Assembly: GCA_964496425.1 (NCBI GenBank)
Contig: CAZBZO010000001.1
Coordinates: 7,265 to 71,264, forward strand
Length of the DNA stretch: 64,000 nt
Source: an uncultured Candidatus Saccharibacteria bacterium
GTDB taxonomy: Bacteria; Patescibacteriota; Minisyncoccia; Phycocordibacterales; UBA9973
Reading direction: 5' to 3'
Positions within the stretch are counted from its first letter, which is position 1; each line of letters begins with the position of its first letter. This document shows positions 1 to 10,601 of the stretch, piece after piece. The notes below the pieces were generated by a model. That model was not told the origin of the DNA, did not search any database, and saw only the letters and a program-made list of their open reading frames with translations. Position numbers and translations under genes: made by a program.

Positions 1-2039
1 CGATTGCGGGCCATAAATAGGGATTGTGCCTTGGCAATAACCTTCGTATCGCCATATGCTCCAGCACTTCCGAGTAAAAGCGATCGGAGCAATGCATGAG
101 AATGAGATTCATTGACTGTGGGCTTCCAGCCAATAAGTTTTACTGCCGGAGCAAAAATAGACCGAGCAAATGTACGCAGTGGCTCTTCGTAAGACGAGCC
201 GGCGTAGAGATTGTTGATTCGCCCCAGCCCTGAAACTGCCTCCACCCACACCATATACTCCGGCTCATTACTGTAACTTGGAAGCATGGAAAGTGGTACT
301 ACGGCAGAAATATCCCCTGCTTCAGAGAGCGCATAGAGATCGCGAATAATCCCAAAACGATCATCCGCCGGTAGCTGATTGTCTTTGATCGGCTGGCGCA
401 GCTGATCGAGCAATGAAGCGTCGTAGCGCACTCGATAGAGTCCAGTTTCATTGGTATTAAATTTCAACCAGCTCCCCGGTGTTCGCGGCACAATCATATT
501 TTTTTTCGTCATGAGAAATTGCTGCGCACTGCGGCGTGGACCAGTAAATGAAATAGGGATATTCCACAGAGTCGTATCGGTTACCTCTCTACGCGAAAGA
601 GGACTCGCAAAAAAACGCTCTTGGCTGAAATGGAGATGTGCGTCCTGTTCTCTGATGCGAACGATTGGATACCCTGGACGCTTGGTCCAGGTTGTCATCA
701 TTTTCTCCACCGGCTTGCCGGAAACTTTTTCGAACGCTTGCCACAGATGCACCGTGCCGGCATTTTTGTACATGTGTTTTTTTAAATAATACCGGAGACC
801 TTCTTTGAAATCATCTTTGCCTAAATAATTTGCAAGCATACGAATAACTGCAGAGCCTTTTGAATATGAAATCTCATCAAAAATTTCACCGATTTCGTTT
901 GGGTGGTGCACCTCGACTTCAATCGGATGCGTGTGTTTGAGCGCATCGAGCCGCAAGGCCGGGCCATGGTCGCCATAGAGAAAACGAGTCCAGATATTCC
1001 ATTTCGGGAAAATCCGATCTACGGCTAAATATTCAATATAGGAAGCAAAGCCTTCGTTCAGCCATAAATGTGTCCACCATTCCATGGTGACAAGATTGCC
1101 AAACCATTGGTGAGCAAGCTCATGTGCGACGACCAAAGCAACCCACTGTTTGGTTTGAGTAGAAGAGTGCTCAGGATCTACCAGTATGGCTGTTTCCCGA
1201 TATGTGACTGCTCCCCAGTTTTCCATCGCTCCAGAAGAAAAATCCGGCACTGCGATCATATCGAGCGTGTTGAGCGGATACGGAATATCAAAATAATCAT
1301 TATAAAACTCGAGGCATTTCACGGCACACGAGAGCGCAAACTCGGCTTGGTGTTTTTTGCCTGGCACCGTATAGACACGCACAATAACGCCGGTTTTCGT
1401 TTTCTTTTCTAAATATTCAAAATCTCCGACAATAAACGCCAAGAGGTACGTCGACATTTTCGGCGTCGGCGCAAAGGAAACAATATTGAAGCCGGAGGCA
1501 TGTTCTCGCACATCCGTCGGCAAGGTATTAGAGATTGCTACTTTGTCAGGTGGCACAATCAGACTGACTTGAAACACTGCCTTTTGTGCCGGCTCATCAA
1601 AACATGGAATACACCGCCTGGCATCGGTCGCTTCAAACTGTGTTGTGGCCATAAAACGCTCTTGGCCGTTTACCTCATAACGACTTTTATAAAAGCCACG
1701 CATATTGTCCCTCAGTATTCCAGCAAATGTGAGGTGAAGTTTGGCCTTACCTTTCGGCACTACCTGGTCGAAAAGAAAAGTAGCTGTTTCGCGCTTCGAA
1801 TCGTATGATATTTTTTTAGCAGTATGGCTTTGCGTACCAAAAGAAATTGTCGCACTCATGATTTTCAAATCTTTAGAATGGAGTGTAATTTCTCTTACTT
1901 GTTTTGCAAGCGTAATCATAATTGTTTCTTCACCTTTAAACGTATGCGCCAAAAGATCCGGTTCAAGAATGATTTGATAGTGGATCGGAATGACGACACT
2001 GCCCAGTCGGACATTTTGCTTATTCTTCTGTAATTTCAT
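1..2039 (-). CDS. pepN: M1 family aminopeptidase N, runs off the left edge (not in the ORF track)
   Basis: Manual translation from ATG 2039 (MKLQKNKQNVRLG) contains GAMENWG, VVAHELAHQWFG and LWLNEGFA, the M1 exopeptidase and HEXXH-18-E zinc motifs. Confidence 0.93.
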   Translation of the reverse strand, partial: MKLQKNKQNVRLGSVVIPIHYQIILEPDLLAHTFKGEETIMITLAKQVREITLHSKDLKIMSATISFGTQSHTAKKISYDSKRETATFLFDQVVPKGKAKLHLTFAGILRDNMRGFYKSRYEVNGQERFMATTQFEATDARRCIPCFDEPAQKAVFQVSLIVPPDKVAISNTLPTDVREHASGFNIVSFAPTPKMSTYLLAFIVGDFEYLEKKTKTGVIVRVYTVPGKKHQAEFALSCAVKCLEFYNDYFDIPYPLNTLDMIAVPDFSSGAMENWGAVTYRETAILVDPEHSSTQTKQWVALVVAHELAHQWFGNLVTMEWWTHLWLNEGFASYIEYLAVDRIFPKWNIWTRFLYGDHGPALRLDALKHTHPIEVEVHHPNEIGEIFDEISYSKGSAVIRMLANYLGKDDFKEGLRYYLKKHMYKNAGTVHLWQAFEKVSGKPVEKMMTTWTKRPGYPIVRIREQDAHLHFSQERFFASPLSRREVTDTTLWNIPISFTGPRRSAQQFLMTKKNMIVPRTPGSWLKFNTNETGLYRVRYDASLLDQLRQPIKDNQLPADDRFGIIRDLYALSEAGDISAVVPLSMLPSYSNEPEYMVWVEAVSGLGRINNLYAGSSYEEPLRTFARSIFAPAVKLIGWKPTVNESHSHALLRSLLLGSAGAYGDTKVIAKAQSLFMARN

Positions 2040-2119
2040 ACTTCGGAGTATAGCATTTGATAATTTAATAGTAGTTTTGACGAACTATATTTAATATGGT
2101 ATATTAAGAAAAAAATCTT

Positions 2120-2713
2120 ATGAAAACAACGGAAATCTCCTTGCAAGGAGCATACGACTGGAGCAAACTCACAATAGTCCCAGTCGTCGTATCTTTAATA
2201 ATTATTTACATATGGAGCATATTGGAGCCAGAAATTAAAAGTTTATACCACATAAATCGAGATGACCGTGGTGTATTTGAATGGATAATTGGAGCCCCCC
2301 TTAGCGTATTTTTTGGTTTCGGCGGTTATATTATAGGCCGTCTTATTAAAAGAAATGGGGATATGGAATTTGCTTATAACTCTGGCGAAAAGAAGAAATT
2401 TGTTTGCCTTCGAGATGTCAGGAATCGAAAAGCATTCCATGGTATTCAAGCAAGTCTCGCTTTTATTCTACTTTTTTTGGTTTTTATTTACCCATTTGAT
2501 AGTAAGATTTTCGGTATGACAATCGTTTTTCTAATCGCACTTATTATGGTCGCCGGGCTTGCATTTGCGATTGAACTTAATAATCCATTTACTGGAATTA
2601 TTAAAATAAATGTTCCGTCCAATTGGCAAGTAATAACATTGAAAGATGTTAACCGCGAAGAAGAAATTATAAAAAGCAATGGGCACCTTGTGCCCACCCC
2701 TTCTATTCACTAG
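2120..2713 (+). CDS. Hypothetical multi-pass membrane protein
   Basis: 197 aa ORF with about 4 hydrophobic segments, AT-rich. Confidence 0.6.
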   Translation: MKTTEISLQGAYDWSKLTIVPVVVSLIIIYIWSILEPEIKSLYHINRDDRGVFEWIIGAPLSVFFGFGGYIIGRLIKRNGDMEFAYNSGEKKKFVCLRDVRNRKAFHGIQASLAFILLFLVFIYPFDSKIFGMTIVFLIALIMVAGLAFAIELNNPFTGIIKINVPSNWQVITLKDVNREEEIIKSNGHLVPTPSIH

Positions 2714-2724
2714 AAGGGGTATTT

Positions 2725-3096
2725 TTATTTAAGAATCGATCGTATTTTCTCAACGTCGCGTTCCATGGCAAGAATGAGAAGCTCGGGAGAACCAAACGTT
2801 TCAGGCGGACGAATAAATTTCACCATTTCAACTTCTACTTCTGTTCCCTCCCCAACATACACACGACCCGCATCGATTAAATACACTTCAAGCGTATGAT
2901 CGGTATCGCCAAAGGTGGGTATCGTACCATAGTAAAGTGCGCCCATAAAACGTTTCTTCTCCTCTGTAAGCCACACAGCGTAAATGCCTTCTGCGAGAGA
3001 TACAGGTATCTCATCTGGAATATAGAGATTGATAGTTGGGAACCCAAGACCTGCTCCCCGCCCTTTACCTTTAACGACGTGACTTTTAAATTTCAT
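2725..3096 (-). CDS. Stand-alone riboflavin kinase (RibF C-terminal domain only)
   Basis: GKGRGAGLGFPTINL, GIYAV, GTIPTF and LEVYL motifs; no FAD synthetase domain. Confidence 0.88.
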   Translation of the reverse strand: MKFKSHVVKGKGRGAGLGFPTINLYIPDEIPVSLAEGIYAVWLTEEKKRFMGALYYGTIPTFGDTDHTLEVYLIDAGRVYVGEGTEVEVEMVKFIRPPETFGSPELLILAMERDVEKIRSILK

Positions 3097-3991
3097 GCTG
3101 TTGCTGCAGCCGAGTGATCTGATACATGCAAAAGACCAGAACTACCGCTGCAATAAATTGCGAAAGGACCATGGTGTGATGATAGAGAAATATATCGATA
3201 ACAACTGCTACAAAAGGAAACGTAAGCTCGAGGATAGTAGACACACGAACCGGTGTCTGCTTGAGGCCTTTATAGTAAATCAAAAGTGCAACCATGCCAG
3301 TCGAAAGTGCGATCACCAAGAAACGAGCAAATTCGGATAGTGTCACGCTTCCAAGCGTACCCAGTTTGCCCATGAAAATCACGAGGAAAAAAGCCGCGAT
3401 AGTAGTGATAAGAAAACGGATTGTTGTTGTGTAGATATGCGATTTGTCGACAAGTACCATTTTGGAAAATGTCGTCGAAGATCCCCACGCCGCTGCTGCA
3501 CCAAGCGCATATAGAGCGGCAATGACTGTACCCGCACCTGAAGATAGATTTACAAGACCATTTGGAAACGTCACAAAATATGCTGCGACAAGCGCCAAAG
3601 CTCCCCAGAGAATATATTTTGGAGTAATTTTTTCTTTAAGGAAAATAGCTGCAGTGGAAACGGCAAAAATCGGCTGGAGTTTTTGAAGAAGAAAAACCAC
3701 AGAGAACGAGATGAAATTAATTTTGAGAAGCGCAGTGGTAAAAAAGAGCGTGCCAACAAGTCCAGAAAGAAGCGATATCAGTATCACGAGAAACCATTGC
3801 TTTTTAGTCAATCGCTCTTTAAAAAGCATCTTCCAGGCAAATGGCAAAAGTACGGCAAAGCCAACCAAATGTTCAAAGAAAATAATCGTGATCGGCGGAA
3901 GATCATACAGACTCCGGCGAATCACCCCATCAAAGGCCCACAGGAGTGCAGCAATAATAATAAGGAGAGGCCCCGAGAATCTGAGTTTCAT
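3086..3991 (-). CDS. EamA/DMT family transporter
   Basis: About 10 TM helices in two repeats, LKEKIT motif. Confidence 0.85.
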   Translation of the reverse strand: MKLRFSGPLLIIIAALLWAFDGVIRRSLYDLPPITIIFFEHLVGFAVLLPFAWKMLFKERLTKKQWFLVILISLLSGLVGTLFFTTALLKINFISFSVVFLLQKLQPIFAVSTAAIFLKEKITPKYILWGALALVAAYFVTFPNGLVNLSSGAGTVIAALYALGAAAAWGSSTTFSKMVLVDKSHIYTTTIRFLITTIAAFFLVIFMGKLGTLGSVTLSEFARFLVIALSTGMVALLIYYKGLKQTPVRVSTILELTFPFVAVVIDIFLYHHTMVLSQFIAAVVLVFCMYQITRLQQQHEI

Positions 3992-4048
3992 ACCTTAGTT
4001 ATAGCATATTTTAGAGTATTAGGCTGATGAAATGATATACTATGTTCT

Positions 4049-4981
4049 ATGGAAATCGGGACCCTTATACTTACCATTTTAGGCCTCTGTCTTTTTGAAG
4101 TGGTCTCTTCGATCGACAACGCCGTCGTCAACGCCGAAGTACTTTCAACCATGTCCAAAAAGGCCCGGCGCTGGTTCTTGATCTGGGGACTCCTTTTCGC
4201 AGTCTTTTTAGTACGCGGTCTTTTGCCATGGCTGATCGTCTGGCTGGCCACCCCAGGCTTAGGACCGATCGGCGCATTTACTGCTACATTTTCAAGCAAT
4301 CCCCTTGTTCACGAAGCAGTGGGGCGTTCGGCTCCAATACTCTTAGCCGGCGGCGGCACTTTTCTTATATTTCTTTTCTTTCATTGGCTCTTCCTTGAAC
4401 CGAAAAAATTTGGCCTACCCACCGAGAAATTTTTCCACTCACAAGGCATTTGGTTTTACGCAGTTGTCTCTGTGCTCCTTGCCTACATCGTCTGGATGGC
4501 ACTTAAGATAAACCCGTTTATGGCCTTTGGCGCAGTCATCGGATCCACTGCATTCTTTATTACACATGGCTTCAAACAAAATGCTGAAGAGAGTGAGAAG
4601 AAACTTGTTTCTGGAAAATCCAATATGAGTGATGTTTCTAAAATAATGTATCTCGAAGTGATTGATGCGACATTTTCAATCGATGGCGTCTTGGGCGCAT
4701 TTGCTTTTACGCTCTCAGTACCGCTTATTCTCATCGGTAACGGCATTGGTGCTCTCGTGCTTCGCCAGCTCACGGTTGGCAACGTCGAACGTATTAAAAA
4801 ATATGCGTACCTAAAAAACGGCGCGATGTATTCTATATTTTTCTTGGGTATCATTATGCTCCTCGACGCTTTCGGTCTCCATATCCCACAATGGGTTTCC
4901 CCAGTCACAACCTTTGTTATCATTGGCTATTTCTTCCTCAAATCACACTACGAGCTCAAGACAAGTTTGACGTCTCTGTAA
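4049..4981 (+). CDS. DUF475 / TerC-like membrane protein
   Basis: EVVSSIDNAVVNA and YLEVIDATFSIDGVLGAFA motifs. Confidence 0.85.
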   Translation: MEIGTLILTILGLCLFEVVSSIDNAVVNAEVLSTMSKKARRWFLIWGLLFAVFLVRGLLPWLIVWLATPGLGPIGAFTATFSSNPLVHEAVGRSAPILLAGGGTFLIFLFFHWLFLEPKKFGLPTEKFFHSQGIWFYAVVSVLLAYIVWMALKINPFMAFGAVIGSTAFFITHGFKQNAEESEKKLVSGKSNMSDVSKIMYLEVIDATFSIDGVLGAFAFTLSVPLILIGNGIGALVLRQLTVGNVERIKKYAYLKNGAMYSIFFLGIIMLLDAFGLHIPQWVSPVTTFVIIGYFFLKSHYELKTSLTSL

Positions 4982-4984
4982 TAA

Positions 4985-5830
4985 TCAATTTATCGTATCT
5001 AAAATCTCCTCTTTCACCAGATCTGTATTGTATGTGGGGATCCGATGCCCAGCATCAGGAATTTCGACGACATCGACTACCGTGCCGGTAAAATGCGAAG
5101 TCACATAATCAATATTTGAAACTGCGCCGATCCTATCTTTATCACCTTGCATGATCGTAACTGGAATCATGAGGTTGGAAAGTGCTGGCTCGATCGTTCG
5201 CATTTGCTCGGGCAGTGGACGAAGCTCGAGCGCCGCCGTGCGTAGGGCTGGATTGATAAGCTCTCGCACAAGAGGGATCTCCGCGAGTATCTGGGAAATT
5301 CGCTTCCAATGATTCTCTTCCTCGCCTATTGGGTCCAAGGTCGGCGCCAGAAGTATAAGCGAGCCTACTTTGCCTTGATCACTGAGTGCCAACACTACCG
5401 CGATCGGTCCACCATACGAATGAGCGACAATGATCGGTTGCCCACTACCAACATCAAGGATTGGTAGAAGTGCACGAGCTTGGGCATAAATATCAGGTAA
5501 CACTTCCCCCGCAGTCGCACCATGTCCGGGCCGATCGACGGCGACAAGATAAAATTGTTCTATCAAGTCTTCGTCCATGAGAAAATGTATAAATGTATCC
5601 CATGAGCCCGGGCTACCGTGGATAAAAAGTACCATTGGTTTGGTGGGATCCCCGACTGATACATAGTGCACCCGATATCCTTCAGCATCGTAATAATGAT
5701 CACTGTACGAAACACCAGCGGAAGCGAACGTAGCGGAAATATCTTCGGCACTCATACCAAAATGTATAAGGCGCGTCGAAAGCGGAAGAAGTACTACGAG
5801 TGCGAGGAAAATAATGAGAAAACGTTTCAT
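4985..5830 (-). CDS. Alpha/beta hydrolase with N-terminal anchor
   Basis: HGSPGS, DRPGHG, AHSYGG nucleophile elbow, QGDKD and GH. Confidence 0.88.
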   Translation of the reverse strand: MKRFLIIFLALVVLLPLSTRLIHFGMSAEDISATFASAGVSYSDHYYDAEGYRVHYVSVGDPTKPMVLFIHGSPGSWDTFIHFLMDEDLIEQFYLVAVDRPGHGATAGEVLPDIYAQARALLPILDVGSGQPIIVAHSYGGPIAVVLALSDQGKVGSLILLAPTLDPIGEEENHWKRISQILAEIPLVRELINPALRTAALELRPLPEQMRTIEPALSNLMIPVTIMQGDKDRIGAVSNIDYVTSHFTGTVVDVVEIPDAGHRIPTYNTDLVKEEILDTIN

Positions 5831-6525
5831 CGCTTCAAGTATAGCGTTCTTTCACGAGGAGAGAAATGTTCGATAGCGTAGCGAAGCGCCGTGCGCGGAA
5901 GTTTTGATCGATGTGAAGATAAAAATTTCACCAATGTTTTCCTGTCTCGCTTCCCCAATTCACGAAGCATCCAGCCCACGGCTTTGTGGATAAGGTCATG
6001 GGAATCATCGGCAAGTAGCAGAGAAATTTTGATCGTGTCGGCAAAATCGCCCTTCACAATAAAGGCGTGGGTCGCCACAATAGCGATCCGCCTGTCCCAG
6101 ATATTTTTTGAGCGCGCAAGCGTATATAAAATCTTCCTATCGCGTTTCAAAAGCCAGTCACCAAGAATATATCGAGCAGAAGAGTCCACCAAGTCCCAAT
6201 TGTTTACATACTTACGATTTTTTATATAAAATTTTATAATAGCCGCCTTTTCTTTCTCATTCCCCTTTTTGTATTGCTCTACAAGAATAATAAGTCCCGT
6301 CAGGCGATGTTCATGCACTTTACTTTGTAATAATTTTAAAATTTCCGGCAGCGGTAGATCTGCAAATTTTTTCGCGACCACCCTTTGCTCCGGCACCGTC
6401 ACGCCGATAAACACATCCCCCGCTCCATACTGCCCCTTGCCAGTCTTAAAAAACCACGCCGATGTTTTGGCTTTCTTGAATGAAGAAAACTTTTTTAATT
6501 CCTGAATAACATAAATTGATTTCAT
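5827..6525 (-). CDS. DNA alkylation repair protein (AlkD-like)
   Basis: NNWDLVD, WDRRIAIV, HKAVGWMLRE and LRYAIE motifs. Confidence 0.9.
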   Translation of the reverse strand: MKSIYVIQELKKFSSFKKAKTSAWFFKTGKGQYGAGDVFIGVTVPEQRVVAKKFADLPLPEILKLLQSKVHEHRLTGLIILVEQYKKGNEKEKAAIIKFYIKNRKYVNNWDLVDSSARYILGDWLLKRDRKILYTLARSKNIWDRRIAIVATHAFIVKGDFADTIKISLLLADDSHDLIHKAVGWMLRELGKRDRKTLVKFLSSHRSKLPRTALRYAIEHFSPRERTLYLKR

Positions 6526-6570
6526 ATTGTATAAAATACCATACTTGCTATACTCTCAAAAAACTGACCT

Positions 6571-6717
6571 ATGAAAAAAGATAACAAGAAAGATGATTTT
6601 TTCTCTCCAACACCTGTCGAACCCAAAGGGCCTACCACCAGAGAAGCATTCGGAGTTGTAATTCTTATCTTATGCTGCACCCTTTTTGGGTTTTTATACT
6701 TTTACACAAACCAATAA
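6571..6717 (+). CDS. 48-aa single-TM small protein (not in the ORF track)
   Basis: MKKDNKKDDFFSPTPVEPKGPTTREAFGVVILILCCTLFGFLYFYTNQ; TGcTATACT element upstream. Confidence 0.5.
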   Translation: MKKDNKKDDFFSPTPVEPKGPTTREAFGVVILILCCTLFGFLYFYTNQ

Positions 6718-6724
6718 ACTAACT

Positions 6725-6844
6725 ATGGAACCACCTCGCAACCTCAAATCATTACTAAGGGAATACCATTCTCTTTTGTATGGCTTCAAATGGTTATCAT
6801 TAGCAACCATTTTAGGTTTTTTACTCGCATATTTAGAGTCATAG
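6725..6844 (+). CDS. 39-aa single-TM small protein (not in the ORF track)
   Basis: MEPPRNLKSLLREYHSLLYGFKWLSLATILGFLLAYLES, starting 7 nt after the previous stop. Confidence 0.4.
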   Translation: MEPPRNLKSLLREYHSLLYGFKWLSLATILGFLLAYLES

Positions 6845-6891
6845 GACCCATGAAATTTCAGTGAAGTAGGAGCCATCAAACTCCTGCTTTT

Positions 6892-8082
6892 TTATTTTTC
6901 TTCCCTTTTCCTCGGCACGTAATACGTCTTCCCTTTCAGTTTTTCAGGCAACAAATCTTCTTTGGTGTATTTTTCATAGCCTTCACCGTAACCAATGTCT
7001 TTCATAAGCTTAGTCGGAGCGTTTCTGATCTTCATTGGCACAGGCAGATTACCATATTTTTTCACATCAGCTTGGGCAGCAATGATGGCATAGTACGCAC
7101 TTTTTTCTTTTGGAGCTTTAGAGAGGTATACGACGCCATGGGCGAGATTGATCGAGCACTCAGGATATCCGATCACTTCACAGGCTTTAAATACTTCATT
7201 CGCAACAACTAGCGCTGTCGGCTGAGCCATGCCAATATCTTCCGAGGCAAAGATGATCATACGGCGCGCGATATAGAGTGGATCTTGGCCAGCATCTATC
7301 ATCCGCGCCAGGTAGTAGAGCGCCGCATCAGGCTGCGAAGCGCGCATACTTTTTATAAAGGCTGAAATGGTGTTGTAATACTCTTCCCCCTTTTTATCAA
7401 ATCGTAGAAATTTATTTTGGAGAGTTTCTTTAAGTGTTTCAAGCGTGACTTTGCCGTAGAGACGCTCAGTGTTTTCTATCATCGTGATCACTTGTCGGGC
7501 GTCACCGTTCGCCATACCGATGAGCCACTCACGGGCATCTTTTTTGATTTTCACACCAGTGCGAGCAATGACTTTTTCCATTTCACTTTCTGATAGCTCA
7601 TGAAGAATGAACACCCGAAGGCGTGAAAGAAGTGCCGGGATAACTTCAAAACTTGGATTTTCAGTTGTGGCACCAACTAAAACGATCTCTCCTCGCTCGA
7701 CGTACGGCAGAAGAAAATCCTGCTGAGCTTTGTTGAAACGATGAATCTCGTCGAGAAAGAGGAGCTGTGTCGGCACGCCACCAAGCGGTGCTTGCTTGGT
7801 ATCACAGGAAGAAATATTTTCTTTTAAAATTTGTCGTATATCTTCCTTGCCGGCAGATACCGCCGAGAGCTCGGTAAATTCCAAATGAAGTGCATTGGCA
7901 TAGATCTTGGCAAGTGTGGTTTTACCAACACCAGGCGGACCCCAGAGAATAAAGGAAAACACATGACCTTCTTCGATAGCTTTACGGAGCGGCTTATCGG
8001 GCCCGACTAAATGCTCTTGCCCGACGAATTGGTCGAGGTTTTGTGGACGTATTTTTGAGGCGAGTGGTTCAATGGCAGGCAT
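6892..8082 (-). CDS. rarA: Replication-associated recombination protein A (AAA+ ATPase)
   Basis: [43 protein letters not shown] and NAPTKLM motifs. Confidence 0.95.
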   Translation of the reverse strand: MPAIEPLASKIRPQNLDQFVGQEHLVGPDKPLRKAIEEGHVFSFILWGPPGVGKTTLAKIYANALHLEFTELSAVSAGKEDIRQILKENISSCDTKQAPLGGVPTQLLFLDEIHRFNKAQQDFLLPYVERGEIVLVGATTENPSFEVIPALLSRLRVFILHELSESEMEKVIARTGVKIKKDAREWLIGMANGDARQVITMIENTERLYGKVTLETLKETLQNKFLRFDKKGEEYYNTISAFIKSMRASQPDAALYYLARMIDAGQDPLYIARRMIIFASEDIGMAQPTALVVANEVFKACEVIGYPECSINLAHGVVYLSKAPKEKSAYYAIIAAQADVKKYGNLPVPMKIRNAPTKLMKDIGYGEGYEKYTKEDLLPEKLKGKTYYVPRKREEK

Positions 8083-8116
8083 ACCTCTATTATACCTTGC
8101 CTGTCAAACCTCAAGG

Positions 8117-9289
8117 TTACACTCTCTTTTCCATTGCGCTTTTGATCCGCTTGATCGCTTCGTTGATATTCTCGATTGAGGTCGCATAGCTAAAGCGGAT
8201 GAAGCCTTCGCCTTCGGCACCAAATGCTGTGCCCGAAAGACACGCCACACCAGCAGTATTTAAAAGGAAGTCAGCGATTTCTTGTGAGCGCATGCCCGTG
8301 CCTTCGATATTTGGGAATACATAAAATGCGCCTTGCGGCCGCAAACAGCGAAACCCAGGAATACTATTCAACCCGTCGACGATCGCATCGCGACGACGCT
8401 TGAATTCAGCCACCATTCCCTCGACTGATTCTTGGGGACCAGTGAGAGCTTCGATGCCAGCCATTTGAGTAAATGATGATGTGCAGCTTGCGCAATTGGT
8501 CTGAAGTTTGGCGATGATGGTAGCAATATCTTTTGGCATGACGCCATAGCCAAGACGCCAACCGGTCATGGCAAATGTTTTAGAATAGCCATCGAGCATA
8601 ATCGTGCGCTCTTTCATACCAGGCACTTGAAGAAATGAGAAATGCTCAAAGCCATCGTAAACGATGCGCGAATATATTTCATCGGAGAATACGACAATGT
8701 CATGCTTAATCGCGAGCGCAGCGATAGCTTCAATGTCTTCTTTCGTCAGTATGCCACCCGTAGGATTGCCCGGCGTATTTACAATGAGCATTTTAGTCTT
8801 TGGTGTAATACGTGCCTCAAGATCGGCAATATCAAAACGGAATTCTTTGGACTCCTTGAGTGGAAGAGGAACGGCCTTTCCTCCGACAAAATTGATCATG
8901 GATTCGTATATTGGAAAACCAGGAGACGGATAGACCACTTCATCACCTTCATCCACCAGGGCCATGATGGCATAAAACATGATGGGCTTAGCACCAGGGG
9001 TAATAACTACTTCTTCAGGTGTACAAGAAAATCCGGGCCGGGTTTTCGTCACGTACTCCGCAATCGCTTGGCGAGCCGGTAAAAGTCCAGCCGATGGGCC
9101 ATAGTGAGTAAAGCCTTTGTCGAGGGCATCTTTGGCAGCTTCAACGATATTTTTTGGCGTATCAAAATCAGGCTCACCGATCTCAAGATGAACAATATTT
9201 TTACCTTGCGCTTCAAGGGCGCGGGCTTTGACCAAGACTTCGAATGCAGTTTCCGTCCCTAAGCGGGACATGCGATTGGCTAGATGCAT
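8117..9289 (-). CDS. PLP-dependent class I/II aminotransferase (aspartate aminotransferase-like)
   Basis: GEPDFDTP, NTPGNPTG, DEIY and SKTFAMTGWRLG motifs. Confidence 0.93.
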   Translation of the reverse strand: MHLANRMSRLGTETAFEVLVKARALEAQGKNIVHLEIGEPDFDTPKNIVEAAKDALDKGFTHYGPSAGLLPARQAIAEYVTKTRPGFSCTPEEVVITPGAKPIMFYAIMALVDEGDEVVYPSPGFPIYESMINFVGGKAVPLPLKESKEFRFDIADLEARITPKTKMLIVNTPGNPTGGILTKEDIEAIAALAIKHDIVVFSDEIYSRIVYDGFEHFSFLQVPGMKERTIMLDGYSKTFAMTGWRLGYGVMPKDIATIIAKLQTNCASCTSSFTQMAGIEALTGPQESVEGMVAEFKRRRDAIVDGLNSIPGFRCLRPQGAFYVFPNIEGTGMRSQEIADFLLNTAGVACLSGTAFGAEGEGFIRFSYATSIENINEAIKRIKSAMEKRV

Positions 9290-9352
9290 AAATGAGTATT
9301 AAGTATTACGTATTATGTATGCGCGAATAATGCCGAGAGTATAACATATTTA

Positions 9353-9607
9353 TTATGAAGTTTTTTTAAGGTGGATTAATGAAATTTTTTCTTCACGTTT
9401 TAACCGTTTGATTTCTCCCTCTCGCTTGCGAGCTTCAGCGTACGTAGAAAATGTTTCAGAATGAACGAGCACAACTGGCCGACGGATTTTGGTGTAATGC
9501 GCTCCGCTCTTCGCAAAGTTATGTTCGGCAATCCGCTTCTCAAGATTGTTAGTGGAGCCAGTGTAGAGCGTGCCATCGGCGCAGCGGAGAATATAGACGA
9601 AAAACAT
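9353..9607 (-). CDS. GIY-YIG nuclease (UPF0213 type)
   Basis: VYILRCADGTLYTGST, HN and YTKIRRP; start moved to ATG 9607. Confidence 0.88.
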   Translation of the reverse strand: MFFVYILRCADGTLYTGSTNNLEKRIAEHNFAKSGAHYTKIRRPVVLVHSETFSTYAEARKREGEIKRLKREEKISLIHLKKTS

Positions 9608-9620
9608 ATACCTTATAATA

Positions 9621-9938
9621 TCACTTAAATTCAAACAGAATTTCATTAAAGTTCTTTATCCGATCATTTTTATCAATTTCTATCCCCTCTTTTTTGTAGA
9701 GTGCGAGACGTTTCTTTCTGTATTGCCCACTGGCCCACACTCGTCCGTCGGCGTAGACGATGCGGTGAAACGGAATAGTGCGATTGCCGGCATCATATGC
9801 TTTACCTAAAATACTGGTAATACTTTGGCTCGCCATGGGTCCAGCGCCAGCCGCGCGTGCAATCCGGCCATAGGTCGTGACCCGACCTTGGGGAATAGAG
9901 AGCGCAATTTTCAAAACCCGTTCGCTAAAGGTTTGCAT
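9621..9938 (-). CDS. Alkyltransferase-like (ATL) protein, MGMT family
   Basis: IPQGRVTTYGRIA helix-turn-helix; active-site motif reads PFHRIV with no Cys. Confidence 0.82.
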   Translation of the reverse strand: MQTFSERVLKIALSIPQGRVTTYGRIARAAGAGPMASQSITSILGKAYDAGNRTIPFHRIVYADGRVWASGQYRKKRLALYKKEGIEIDKNDRIKNFNEILFEFK

Positions 9939-9968
9939 ATTATATTTCTGAAGTTAGTTTTTATATTT

Positions 9969-10544
9969 TTACACTGATTCATGTGCCAGGATCGCTGCTT
10001 TTCGATCTATGCCCCAGCGGTAACCCCCGAGGTCGCCTGAGGCAGTAAGCACTCGATGACATGGGATCAGATAGCCGATCGTATTTTTACCGCAGGCACT
10101 GCCGACTGCTCGAACAGCTTTGGGCCTACCGATCTTTTTAGCGATTGATCCGTACGAAACAGTTTTGCCAGATGGAATAGCAAGCAAGGCTTGCCAAACT
10201 TTGATTTGAAAATTAGTACCGCGTACCATAAGATGAAGAGATTGTTTGGAATTTTTTGATGTAAATATCCTATCAAAATAATTTTTTGTAATTTTATCGT
10301 CGTAAAGAAACTGAGCATTCGACCACTTGGTTTGCATATTTTTTATTTCTTTTTTCTTGCTTTCTTTATCGAGAAATGCCAGGTGAATAATGTCTTGCTG
10401 CGTCACGCCAATAAGACACTGTCCAAATGGCGAATCATGGACGCCATAAGTAATATTAATGTTCCCCTTTTTATATTCATCTACTCGAATTGCTTGATGA
10501 GCTGCGGAGAAATTATAAGTTTTTGGAGAAACTCTTTCTGTCAT
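9969..10544 (-). CDS. ogt: Methylated-DNA-protein-cysteine methyltransferase
   Basis: GTNFQIKVW, RAVGSA, IPCHRV and GYRWG; likely start ATG 10544, 6 nt after TATGAT. Confidence 0.9.
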   Translation of the reverse strand: MTERVSPKTYNFSAAHQAIRVDEYKKGNINITYGVHDSPFGQCLIGVTQQDIIHLAFLDKESKKKEIKNMQTKWSNAQFLYDDKITKNYFDRIFTSKNSKQSLHLMVRGTNFQIKVWQALLAIPSGKTVSYGSIAKKIGRPKAVRAVGSACGKNTIGYLIPCHRVLTASGDLGGYRWGIDRKAAILAHESV

Positions 10545-10601
10545 AGTGCCATCATAATCCATACAAGCTCTTCATTCAACCCGTTTTCTGCTAACTCTAA
10601 A

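Noticed and set aside
451-2033. Plus-strand ORFs at the left end
   Set aside because: They are antisense shadows of pepN
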